From assembly GCA_963701295.1 (NCBI GenBank), contig OY969585.1:2304001-2368000 (forward strand): DNA of 64,000 nt, given 5' to 3'. How positions within the stretch are numbered: position 1 is the stretch's first letter; every line of letters begins with the position of its first letter. A model generated the notes under the pieces. It was not told the origin of the DNA and did not search any database. It saw nothing but the letters and a program-made list of their open reading frames with translations. A program made the position numbers and the translations under genes. Below, one piece after another: positions 1 through 9,839 of this stretch. The DNA is from Ignavibacteriota bacterium. Lineage in GTDB: Bacteria; Bacteroidota; Ignavibacteria; UBA10030.

Positions 1-122
1 AAGAATTGAGAAATGTATAGATGAAATTGCTGTTCTCGATGTATCGATTGGTATGTTTAAGGATAGATATATATTGCTCGTGTACTCAATGGAGCACATA
101 CAACTTATTCAAGGTGAAAAGC

Positions 123-1511
123 GTGAAACAGTATCGTTCGTATAGCCCTTGCGTTCTCTTATTCTGTCTGCTAAGTCTTCAGATGCTATCGCAGACTATG
201 CCTGCTAGACAGAATCGGTTTGTCCTTAATACCGATTATAGCCGGTTTTGGCAAAACGATTCTACAATGTATGTGGAAATATCAACCGCAATCTATCCGA
301 GTCTTACTATTCTCAAGCAAGACTCCTTGGGATATCATGGGAAAATCGATTTGATTATTTTAATTCAGGATACATCAAAAAAAGTGTTTGTTCACACCGA
401 TCGATTTAACATTCCAATTAATCTTGTCGATTCTACTTCTCTTGCTAGAACAAAATCAATGGTCAATAATACGACATATGCTTTAGGATGTGGCTCATAT
501 AAAGTTTCTGTATATGGTATTGATGTTTCCAATCGATTACGACGAGATAGTTCATTGTTTGTGGTCGATGTCATAAGGAGACATGACACGATTGCTCTTA
601 GTGATATCGAATTATGCTCAAGCATCACCGAATCTTCAGATCAAAAAGATATCTTCTATAAAAATTCATATCGAGTTATCCCTAATCCCAATTGTGTTTA
701 TGGCTCAACGACTTATCCTCTTGTGTTTACGTATATGGAATTTTATAATCTAAAAATGGGAATGACGTATGCAGTCAAAGCGCAAATTGTGGATTCAAAA
801 GGTGTTGTTAAAAAACAACGTACTCATTTGCGTCGATTTTCAATGCCCAACGTGGTGGATGTAACAACGCTGAATGTTACTTCGATTAGTTCCGGAAAAT
901 TCGACTATGAAATTATCCTTTCCGATACACTTGGCAACGAGATTGCCAAATTACAACGGCCGATATTTCTCTACAATCCCAATGTCCAATCGACGCAGGC
1001 AACAGTTCTTTCAGAAGGAAGCGCTGTGTATGCTGGATTTTCTTTTGATGAGCTTGCTGAAGAGTTTCGAGTCGCAAAATATGTAAAACGATCTGAGGAT
1101 GACGATGCATTCGATAAATTAACGACAGTAGAAGCACGTCAGGAGTTTTTACAAATATTTTGGACAAGGGTTGAGAGGGAAGAACTCGGACGTTTAAATC
1201 TTACAAGATCAGTCTATCTCCAAAGAGTGCAGACGGCCAATCAACGCTATAAGACATTCGCTAAGGAAGGGTGGCGCACAGATCAAGGTCGTGTACTTAT
1301 CCTTTATGGCGAACCCGATGATATACAAAGATTTGCGAACTCGTCAGATAACAAACCGTATGAAACCTGGAATTATCATCAAATAGACGGCGGTGTTGAG
1401 TTCGACTTTATTGATCTTACAGGATTTAATGATTATAGCCTTGTTAATTCTACGAAACGTGATGAAATAAAGGATGATTCATGGGAACAATTATTAAAAC
1501 GCAACAACTGA
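123..1511 (+). CDS. GWxTD domain-containing protein (secreted/periplasmic)
   Basis: C-terminal ANQRY..EGWRTDQGRVLILYGEPD..YETWNY motif. The ORF opens at 21, but GTG at 123 follows AAGGTG and gives a signal-peptide-like N-terminus. Confidence 0.85.
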   Translation: MKQYRSYSPCVLLFCLLSLQMLSQTMPARQNRFVLNTDYSRFWQNDSTMYVEISTAIYPSLTILKQDSLGYHGKIDLIILIQDTSKKVFVHTDRFNIPINLVDSTSLARTKSMVNNTTYALGCGSYKVSVYGIDVSNRLRRDSSLFVVDVIRRHDTIALSDIELCSSITESSDQKDIFYKNSYRVIPNPNCVYGSTTYPLVFTYMEFYNLKMGMTYAVKAQIVDSKGVVKKQRTHLRRFSMPNVVDVTTLNVTSISSGKFDYEIILSDTLGNEIAKLQRPIFLYNPNVQSTQATVLSEGSAVYAGFSFDELAEEFRVAKYVKRSEDDDAFDKLTTVEARQEFLQIFWTRVEREELGRLNLTRSVYLQRVQTANQRYKTFAKEGWRTDQGRVLILYGEPDDIQRFANSSDNKPYETWNYHQIDGGVEFDFIDLTGFNDYSLVNSTKRDEIKDDSWEQLLKRNN

Positions 1512-1697
1512 TAAGGTAATTCACGACAGCAAATTATTTTGAAGAAGGAAGATTGGCTATGAATGTCCTGGTTGCTTACCTCTTCGTTTGATTGAATTAC
1601 TTGTTGTTTCACGGATGAACAGAGAAAGAAGTTGAATTATGGTAATCATCGCATTTAACGATTCGATCAGTTTCTTAGGTGCTATAGAGATTTGTAT

Positions 1698-4139
1698 ATG
1701 AAAAAGACTCACTTCACTTTAATAGCGTTCCTGTTTTTCTCTTTTGTTCCATTACTATCAGCTCAACCATTTCCTTATCAAAACTCCGCCTTATCAGTTG
1801 ATCAACGGGTAACCGATTTGTTAGGTCGAATGACGCTCGATGAAAAAATCGAGCAAATGATGCAAGTCGATTTGTCTGTGGTTCATGATCCATCCATTCT
1901 CGTGACGAATAATTTCGGTTCTGTAATCAGTGGAGGAGGTGAAAGTCTAACTACGGATAAGAGTTCACTAGGTTGGGCAAATATGTACGACACGTTGCAA
2001 TCGTATGCATTGAAAACACGGCTAAAAATTCCGATTATCTATGGTATGGATGCTGTTCATGGAAATAACAATGTTTATGGTGCTACGATTTTTCCGCACA
2101 ACATTGGAATGGGGTGCACAAGAGATCCTGAGCTAGCAAGAGAAGCAGCAAGAATAACCGCAAGGGAAGTAGCAGCAACAGGCATAGATTGGACATTCGG
2201 TCCGTGCATAGCTGTTCCACGAGATGAACGTTGGGGAAGGACGTACGAGGGATTTGGAGAAACGCCGGAATTAGCTCAACTTTTTGGCTCATCTGAAATA
2301 CGAGGATTTCAAGGAGATTCATTATCCGACCCGACAAGTATTTTGGCTTGTGCAAAACATTACCTTGGAGATGGGGGGACCACTGGTGGAATAGATCAAG
2401 GAGATACCCAAGGAGATACTGCAACCATAAGAAAACTTTTTTTGCCGGGATATATTTCAGCCGTCGATTCAGGTGTGGGGAGTATCATGGTATCTTTTAG
2501 CAGCATCAACGGACAAAAAATGAGTAGTAGTAAGTATTGGATTACCGATGTTTTAAAAAATGAATTGGGATTCAAAGGATTTGTCGTGTCAGATTGGGGT
2601 GCTATCGATCAGATAACAAACAATTATACTGATTGCGTTGAACAATCGATCAATGCAGGAATCGATATGGTAATGCTGCCTTTTGAATATGTTGATTTTC
2701 ATAATTCCATGGATAGTCTTATCAGCCAAGGCAAAATCGATACCGCCCGTGTTGATGATGCAGTGAGAAGGATTCTGACCATCAAATTTAAGCTCGAATT
2801 ATTTGAAAGGCCATTTACTGACAGAACATTGATTGATTCCGTTGGCAGCGCCGGACATCGTGCAGTTGCCCGGCAATGTGTACGAGAATCGATGGTACTG
2901 CTGAAGAAGAAAGATGGTATTTTACCATTAAGAAAAACAAATGCAAGGATCTTGGTTGCTGGTTCCAATGCGAATGATCTCGGGAATCAGTGTGGCGGTT
3001 GGACAATTACATGGCAGGGATGGAGTGGCACTCACACCATCGGAACGACAATCTTGCAAGGAATGAAAAACACAGCCCCGAGTGATTCGATTGAATATTC
3101 TAAAACTGGGACTTTCACAGATACTTCAGCCGATTATTCTATTGTTGTGATTGGTGAAACACCGTATGCAGAATATTGGGGAGACAGGACAGACCTGAGT
3201 GTCTCCGCAACCGATGTGAATTTAGTGAAAAAGATGAAAGGCTATGGTGCGCCTGTTGTCGTTATCCTTGTTTCAGGCAGACCTCTTATTCTCGAAAAAA
3301 TATTACACTTTTCCGATGTCATCATTGCTGCTTGGCTGCCCGGAACGGAGGGTGATGGTGTAGCCGATGTTTTATTTGGCGATTATCAGCCGAAGGGGCG
3401 ATTGTCACATACGTGGCCTAAGAGTATGTCACAAATCCCGATTAATTTTGGCGATAATAATTATTTTCCATTATATGAATATGGATTTGGAATTGATACT
3501 TTAGCAGACTCTCCGATAGGATCGTCGCCTGTGTGTTTATCGGCTATCATAACCCCGGATGCAAAACATTTCGAGCTGACATTTAATAAGCGGATGAAAA
3601 ATCCGTCTTCAGCACAGGCAATCTTTGTTCTTACACGAGACCACCTTTCTCTTGTAACTGCGACCACTCTATCATTGAAACAAAACGACAGCACAACGAT
3701 TATTGTAGAGTTAGTCGCAGCATATTATACCGGTAGCGACACTGGCACAATATCATATAGCTCTGGAACTATAGGATCTGTCGATGGAGGTTCCCTCCAA
3801 CCGTTCGCTCCGATGGATGCCTATAATTGGAGCGTCTCGTCAACGGCAGTCAAAAAAGATAAAAACTTGATTCCGCTCGTCGATCAACTATATCAGAACT
3901 ATCCTAATCCATTCAATCCGACGACCGTTATTACATATCAACTATTAACTCATGGTTATGCAACACTCAAGGTGTACGATGTGCTTGGAAGAGAGGTAGT
4001 AACATTGGTAGACGGAGAAATTTCTGCTGGCGTCCATGCTGTCACATGGGATGCATCGCGTCTGTCAAGCAGTGTGTTTTTCTATCGACTGAAGGCAGGA
4101 AATTTTGTCGATGTTAAAAAAATGATACTGATGAAATAG
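1698..4139 (+). CDS. GH3 beta-glucosidase with Ig-like domain and T9SS type A C-terminal sorting domain
   Basis: MTLDEKIEQM, DAVHG, RWGRTYEGFGE, CAKHY, FVVSDW (nucleophile), GETPYAE, AWLPGTEG. Has a signal peptide and a C-terminal LYQNYPNPFNPTT..VYDVLGREV..KKMILMK CTD. Confidence 0.93.
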   Translation: MKKTHFTLIAFLFFSFVPLLSAQPFPYQNSALSVDQRVTDLLGRMTLDEKIEQMMQVDLSVVHDPSILVTNNFGSVISGGGESLTTDKSSLGWANMYDTLQSYALKTRLKIPIIYGMDAVHGNNNVYGATIFPHNIGMGCTRDPELAREAARITAREVAATGIDWTFGPCIAVPRDERWGRTYEGFGETPELAQLFGSSEIRGFQGDSLSDPTSILACAKHYLGDGGTTGGIDQGDTQGDTATIRKLFLPGYISAVDSGVGSIMVSFSSINGQKMSSSKYWITDVLKNELGFKGFVVSDWGAIDQITNNYTDCVEQSINAGIDMVMLPFEYVDFHNSMDSLISQGKIDTARVDDAVRRILTIKFKLELFERPFTDRTLIDSVGSAGHRAVARQCVRESMVLLKKKDGILPLRKTNARILVAGSNANDLGNQCGGWTITWQGWSGTHTIGTTILQGMKNTAPSDSIEYSKTGTFTDTSADYSIVVIGETPYAEYWGDRTDLSVSATDVNLVKKMKGYGAPVVVILVSGRPLILEKILHFSDVIIAAWLPGTEGDGVADVLFGDYQPKGRLSHTWPKSMSQIPINFGDNNYFPLYEYGFGIDTLADSPIGSSPVCLSAIITPDAKHFELTFNKRMKNPSSAQAIFVLTRDHLSLVTATTLSLKQNDSTTIIVELVAAYYTGSDTGTISYSSGTIGSVDGGSLQPFAPMDAYNWSVSSTAVKKDKNLIPLVDQLYQNYPNPFNPTTVITYQLLTHGYATLKVYDVLGREVVTLVDGEISAGVHAVTWDASRLSSSVFFYRLKAGNFVDVKKMILMK

Positions 4140-4284
4140 TATCAAATGGACATTGAGTGTATTTAATTTAGGAATTGTCTTAAGATGTCTCTGTATTATA
4201 AGAATTTAGTAAACGCACTATCTATGAACGACAACGGTTTGTTGTATACAAACGTTCTGGAATAGTTAAGAAAATGGAGATGAG

Positions 4285-4527
4285 ATGAAAAGCTTCTTTC
4301 GTGCAATCAAACGAATGTGGTTATTATTTGCACAAATGTTTAGTAAGGTCAATACGATTTTATTACTTTCTCTTGTTTATTTCGTTGTCATTGGGTTTAT
4401 GTCGCTTCTTGTGAAACTTCTCCGAAAAGATCTTTTACGGAAGAAAATGGATTATGATCAAGCATCGTACTGGCAAACCAGAAAAACAAGTGAACAGACT
4501 CTCGACCGCCACAAGTTTCAATTCTAA
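4285..4527 (+). CDS. SxtJ-like small membrane protein
   Basis: VNTILLLSLVYF..LRKDLL..SYW..QF pattern, located directly upstream of a carbamoyltransferase. Confidence 0.75.
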   Translation: MKSFFRAIKRMWLLFAQMFSKVNTILLLSLVYFVVIGFMSLLVKLLRKDLLRKKMDYDQASYWQTRKTSEQTLDRHKFQF

Positions 4528-4538
4528 TCTGGCATACT

Positions 4539-6278
4539 ATGAATATTCTCGGCATATCCTGTTTCTATCATGATTCTGCAGCTGCACTTATTACAAATGG
4601 CCTTCTGGTAGCCGCTGCCCAAGAAGAACGTTTTACAAGAATAAAACACGATCAAGATTTCCCGACAAACGCAATTCACTATTGCATGCAAGAAGGAGGC
4701 ATACAAGCACAGGATCTAGATTATATTGGATTCTATGATAAGCCGCTTTCGAAGTTTGAACGATTACTAACGACGTATGTTGCAACTTTTCCGAAAGGCT
4801 TACCTTCTTTTCTAAAAGCGATGCCGATTTGGTTGAAGGAAAAACTATGGATTCCACAGAAGATTAGAGAGGAACTTGGTGATGCTGCAAAACTTTTGTT
4901 CATAGAACATCATCTCTCTCATGCTGCGAGTGCTTTTTTTGTCTCCCCTTTCACTGAAGCGGCGATTCTCACCGCTGATGGAGTAGGTGAGTGGGAAACG
5001 ACAACCATGGGCATGGGAAATGATAGAACTCTGAACCTAACGAAGAGTATTCATTTTCCTCATTCGCTCGGGCTCTTGTATTCAGCGTTTACATACTATC
5101 TTGGATTTCGAGTCAATAGTGCTGAATACAAAGTCATGGGACTGGCACCGTATGGAAAACCGGTGTTTGCTGACCTTATTTTGCGGGAACTTGTATCCCT
5201 TAAAGATGATGGAAGCTTTCGTTTGAACATGAAATACTTCGCGTATGATTATGGTCTGACCATGACCAACAAATATTTCCATGCCCTTTTCGGTGTTCCG
5301 CCACGAACTCCAGAATCTACATTAACTCAATTCCATAAGGATGTTGCTGCCTCTATTCAGTATGTAACAGATGAAATAATGCTGCGCATAACAACGGATC
5401 TTCACAAAAAAACCGGGAGTGATAATTTATGCCTTGCCGGAGGCGTCGCTCTCAATTGTGTTTCCAACAGTAAAGTACTTGCTTCGTCAGGGTTTAAAAA
5501 AATGTTTATACAGCCTGCAGCAGGAGATGCCGGCGGATCGGTCGGAGCTGCGTTTTATATTTATAATATGTTGTTAAAGAATGAGCGCACATACACGTGG
5601 AGTCATAATTTCCTCGGGCCGGAATATTCTAATAAAACTATTGAGCAAGTATTAAACCAGTTGAACATTGAAGGGGAGCGATTTAGCAACGATACTCTTT
5701 TAAAAAGAACCGCTCAATTGATATCCGATCAACAAGTTGTCGGATGGTTTCAGGGTCGTATGGAATTTGGGCCACGCTCGTTAGGTGCACGCAGTATTTT
5801 AGCTGATCCACGGAATCCGGATAATTATTCACGCGTAAATTTAAAAATAAAGTTTCGAGAGAGTTTCCGTCCGTTTGCGCCGACAGTTGTATTGGAACGA
5901 ATGAAAGACTATTTCGAATTTGATCAACCCAGTCCTTATATGTTGTTTGTTGCACAAGTGAGACTTGATCGGAGAACAATTCCAGCAGTGACGCATGTCG
6001 ATGGTTCTGCACGCCTCCAGACCATTGTTCGTGAAGATCATGCGTTATTCTATGATTTGATCCTCGAATTCGAAAAGCTTACGGGTTGCCCTGTGATCAT
6101 TAATACTTCCTTTAATGTCCGAGGTGAACCTATAGTCTGCGCACCGTTCGATGCAATCAAATGTTTTTTAAGAACGGACATGGATTATCTTATCCTCGGC
6201 AACTTTATATTAGATAAGCGGAAAATCAAAGAATCAGGGTATCAGATGCAAATAAGCGAAAAATTTGCGCTTGATTAA
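4539..6278 (+). CDS. Carbamoyltransferase (NodU/CmcH/SxtI family)
   Basis: ILGISCFYHDSAAAL, EERFTRIKH, EHHLSHAASAF, DGVGE, EYKVMGLAPYG, GGVALNC, EFGPRSLGARS, KFRESFRPFAP, INTSFN. Confidence 0.95.
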   Translation: MNILGISCFYHDSAAALITNGLLVAAAQEERFTRIKHDQDFPTNAIHYCMQEGGIQAQDLDYIGFYDKPLSKFERLLTTYVATFPKGLPSFLKAMPIWLKEKLWIPQKIREELGDAAKLLFIEHHLSHAASAFFVSPFTEAAILTADGVGEWETTTMGMGNDRTLNLTKSIHFPHSLGLLYSAFTYYLGFRVNSAEYKVMGLAPYGKPVFADLILRELVSLKDDGSFRLNMKYFAYDYGLTMTNKYFHALFGVPPRTPESTLTQFHKDVAASIQYVTDEIMLRITTDLHKKTGSDNLCLAGGVALNCVSNSKVLASSGFKKMFIQPAAGDAGGSVGAAFYIYNMLLKNERTYTWSHNFLGPEYSNKTIEQVLNQLNIEGERFSNDTLLKRTAQLISDQQVVGWFQGRMEFGPRSLGARSILADPRNPDNYSRVNLKIKFRESFRPFAPTVVLERMKDYFEFDQPSPYMLFVAQVRLDRRTIPAVTHVDGSARLQTIVREDHALFYDLILEFEKLTGCPVIINTSFNVRGEPIVCAPFDAIKCFLRTDMDYLILGNFILDKRKIKESGYQMQISEKFALD

Positions 6279-6302
6279 TATCTATTCATGAAAGGAACGG
6301 GA

Positions 6303-6485
6303 ATGTCAAAATTTCTGAAACGGTTGAAATCTATTGTCACACTCTTGAGAGAGTTTTGGTCGTTTATGCGTATGCAGAAAAAATGGTGGCTTGCTCCCCT
6401 CGTAGTTATCTTGATTCTCATGGGAATACTAATAATTTTAACAGAAGGTTCTGCACTTGCACCCTTTATTTATGCAATTTTTTAA
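6303..6485 (+). CDS. SxtK-like (DUF5989) small membrane protein
   Basis: EFWSFMRMQKKWWLAP..GSALAPFIYAIF signature; AAAGGA precedes ATG 6303. Confidence 0.85.
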   Translation: MSKFLKRLKSIVTLLREFWSFMRMQKKWWLAPLVVILILMGILIILTEGSALAPFIYAIF

Positions 6486-6994
6486 TCTCTAAAAAGTAGT
6501 CGCTGGTATGATAGTGTCATTTTTTGAAAGAGCACTTCTTTCTTCATAACCGATCTTATGTTTGTATCATAGCGCATCGAATGAAAATTTTTAATGAACC
6601 ATAGAAAGACTTGATAAACAATATCCTAACCAATTGCCGAATATATTCTTGCTTAGTGGTTCTTAAATTGTCTATAGAAAATTAAGTAGATACCCACAGT
6701 GTTTCACCTTCAAGAGCTTAATCTCCAAAAGTAATCTTCTTCATGGTGGATTATCATGCCTGATAATAGGCCATTATTAACATAATAATCGCCTAAGTAT
6801 TGAATAGTATCCTTCATACGTAAAAGTTTATTTCTTTATTTGGTACAGATGTTGTCTTAAGATCATTCAGTGTTTTTTCAAGTATACGAACGTATCACGT
6901 TTTCAATCTATGTTCATACCGAAAAAAGCCATGTATCAGCTGGCGGGAAAACTTATTGATTACATTTTCATAATCAGCTTGGAGGCAATAATAA

Positions 6995-7633
6995 ATGAAG
7001 GTTTTTGTCGCACTTATGGTGTTCTTTATAGTTCATGGTATTTCGATTTCCGATGCTCAACAACTCATACGAGCTTATGGCTTACAGGCAGGATACGTTA
7101 AAGCAGAGCAACGATGGGACTATACCCAACAATCTGGTTTGAATGCCTCTGGTATTGGTCCAATCTGGGGATTTGATGCAGGTGCATTTGCTGAATTCTT
7201 TCATTTTCCAAATTTCAGTTTATTGACTGAGGTAAACTATACCCAAAAGGGACGGACTTTAACCGTCATGGGAACTGAGATCGCTAATAACCCACAGGGT
7301 TACATTGACGTTGGTCCTCAAGAAATAAAACAGAGGTTTGAATATATCAGCATCCCTGTCCTTGCCAAGCTACGAATCGATGTGCCAACACTCGCTCCAT
7401 TTATCGCTGCAGGGCCAAGTTTTGAATACTTGATATCGTCTCCTTATTCAGATGTATTCAATAAAGCAGAATTCGGTTTGATGTTTTCCGCTGGTGTGGA
7501 ATTTTTTCTCGGTGTAACCCCCAAGCTATTGGCAGAATGCCGATACAGTCTAAGTCTTACAAATACATATAAGAATGAATTCGTAACGGTGGATAATCGC
7601 GTATTAGAGTTTCTATTGGGAGTGGCGTTTTGA
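6995..7633 (+). CDS. Outer-membrane beta-barrel (porin family) protein
   Basis: GGAGG RBS, signal peptide, EVNYTQKG / YISIPVLAK / AGPS strands, C-terminal Phe. Confidence 0.8.
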   Translation: MKVFVALMVFFIVHGISISDAQQLIRAYGLQAGYVKAEQRWDYTQQSGLNASGIGPIWGFDAGAFAEFFHFPNFSLLTEVNYTQKGRTLTVMGTEIANNPQGYIDVGPQEIKQRFEYISIPVLAKLRIDVPTLAPFIAAGPSFEYLISSPYSDVFNKAEFGLMFSAGVEFFLGVTPKLLAECRYSLSLTNTYKNEFVTVDNRVLEFLLGVAF

Positions 7634-7902
7634 ACGGCCTCGCTCTCTTTGCAAAGGAATGTCGCCAGCCAATCAGTACGTCAAGTTGACGCAATGAGCG
7701 TGGGTGTATTTTACATAGTGTGCAGAGGTTTGGTGCAGGCCTAAAGAAGAATTCTTGAAGGGGAAGTATTCACAAGATGGAATATCATCCATCATTGCCT
7801 CCCATTCATATAGGGAATGGATCCAGTCAAAACGCAGATTGAAGTATTTCCAATCTGGTAGTGAGTGATAAACGCATGAAGTGTTTTAGAAAAAAAAACA
7901 AT

Positions 7903-8901
7903 ATGGTACGCATCGAGGTAACGCTTGGCGTTGATATTGGTGGTACTAATACGGTTTTTGGCTATGTGGATCGAAAAGGGAGATGCCTTACTAGTGCAAC
8001 CATTCCAACCAATGCACATCAACCAGCTGAATTATTTTTTGAACGACTCCATGAAGGTGCTAAGGCACTTCTTGATAATATACATGAGAAGTGCGAACTG
8101 GTTGGAATTGGCATAGGTGCCCCCAATGCCAATTATTATAAAGGAACAATCGAGTGTCCACCAAATTTAAGTTGGGAGTATGTTGATGTCTTGGCAGAAA
8201 TGGGCAAGTATTATCACTTGCCAGTGGCGACAACAAATGATGCCAATGCAGCAGCACTTGGTGAAATGTTGTTTGGCGCTGCTCAGGGCATGAAGGATTT
8301 TATTGTTATAACGCTCGGAACCGGACTTGGTAGCGGTATTGTGGCAAATGGTGAATTGATCTATGGTGCGGATGGATATGCCGGAGAGATAGGACATACG
8401 ACGGTTGATCTGAAAGGACGGGAATGTGGATGTGGTCGTCGCGGCTGTCTTGAGACATATGTCTCTGCTACGGGTATGTGCCGGACAATACAGGATCTCA
8501 TTTGTAATACGAATGAACCAAGCGATCTTCGCTATGTTAGTTTTGAGAACCTAACATCGAAAATGATCTATGATGCAGCTCAACGCGGTGATCGATTGGC
8601 ACTAGAAGCATTCGATTATACAGGAAAAATTCTCGGTATAAAACTCGCAGACTCTGTGGCTCATTTGAGTCCAGAGGCTGTCATTTTCTTTGGTGGTCTA
8701 GCTTCAGCAGGCGATCTTATCTTCAAACCTACAAAGCAGTCGATGGAGGAACATCTTTTTGGAATTTTCAAGAACAAGGTGAAATTGCTTCCTTCAGGAT
8801 TAGCCGGAGGTAATACAGCAGTCCTCGGGGCGAGTGCGTTGATTTGGAATGACCTAAAAAAACACGAGATAAAGTTCGCTGCCAAAAAAAAATATCGATG
8901 A
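7903..8901 (+). CDS. ROK family sugar kinase (glucokinase)
   Basis: GVDIGGT, NDANAAALGE, TLGTGLGSG, GEIGH, CGCGRRGCLETY zinc motif; no N-terminal HTH. Confidence 0.93.
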   Translation: MVRIEVTLGVDIGGTNTVFGYVDRKGRCLTSATIPTNAHQPAELFFERLHEGAKALLDNIHEKCELVGIGIGAPNANYYKGTIECPPNLSWEYVDVLAEMGKYYHLPVATTNDANAAALGEMLFGAAQGMKDFIVITLGTGLGSGIVANGELIYGADGYAGEIGHTTVDLKGRECGCGRRGCLETYVSATGMCRTIQDLICNTNEPSDLRYVSFENLTSKMIYDAAQRGDRLALEAFDYTGKILGIKLADSVAHLSPEAVIFFGGLASAGDLIFKPTKQSMEEHLFGIFKNKVKLLPSGLAGGNTAVLGASALIWNDLKKHEIKFAAKKKYR

Positions 8902-9466
8902 ATGATTTCTCAGAATCGACTCTTTCCACACTTTGAAATTCAATGAATGTTTTGGATGTGTTGTTGATAAAAGCTTGCGCCTATTTCTGTTACCTTTACG
9001 CATCCTCCGGAATTCGATATTGACTATTACGAGGGAAACCTATTTTATGAATGTGATGCGGTTGAAATATGTCTTTTCTGGTCTTTCTAAGAAGAGTAAC
9101 TTCTTGCCGATGAGATTTAAGAGTCTATGAAGGACTCTTGTTTAAATCTCAAATGCTTTTTTGTGAATATCTTACAGGTGGATAGAAGAGAGAATCAGAG
9201 ACAAAACATTTAAGATCGGTATTTGTCTCATATGCTTCATGAAGTTTGCCAATTGCATCAATTCAATGTGTTGACTTTAGAAGTCTGACCTGTCCTTTTA
9301 CATTTTTGGACACAATTTCACTCAAATTAAATTTAGTCAATGCCATTGGAACGGTTTGAACAGGGAAGGTATAATCCGCCTCTCAATATGAATAATTCGC
9401 TGAAAAATGAAGAGTAGGAGTAAAACAAGAACTAGGAAGCTTGCGAGCAGTTTAGGTTATAAAAAC

Positions 9467-9495
9467 AAAACGAGGGTCACAAAAACCCTCGTTTT
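9467..9495 (-). terminator. Intrinsic terminator of tRNA-Asp
   Basis: AAAACGAGGG-N9-CCCTCGTTTT inverted repeat with a T-rich tail on the minus strand, immediately 3' of the tRNA. Confidence 0.75.
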
Positions 9496-9498
9496 CAG

Positions 9499-9573
9499 CG
9501 GGGCCGACGAGACTCGAACTCGCGACCTCCTGCGTGACAGGCAGGCGCTCTAACCAAGCTGAGCTACGACCCC
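9499..9573 (-). tRNA. tRNA-Asp(GTC)
   Basis: Minus strand GGGGTCGTAGCTCAGCTTGGTTAGAGCG-CCTGC-CT-GTC-AC-GCAGG-AGGTCGCGAGTTCGAGTCTCGTCGGCCCCG folds as a cloverleaf; CCA not encoded. Confidence 0.97.
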
Positions 9574-9839
9574 AGATGATTTCTGCTTATTCTCGCCAAT
9601 TTTTCCTTGATACTGATTACTTCCTTAGAATGTGTAAGGTGAACTGTTAGGTGCTTAATCGACTTTTCAAATATAGCAAAAATCATCTCTAGGTGCAATG
9701 GGTAACAAACCAATAAATGAATTATAAAATTCATGAATTGATGCAATTCAAGATAATAACTTAAACCTGAATATTTAGAAAATTTGTACTCATCGGAAGA
9801 TGAAGTCACTCTCTGGCGAGACCGATTGACATACATTAC

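Noticed and set aside
4285-6485. Saxitoxin biosynthesis
   Set aside because: No sxtA, sxtG, sxtB or other core genes are present; only the carbamoyltransferase trio.
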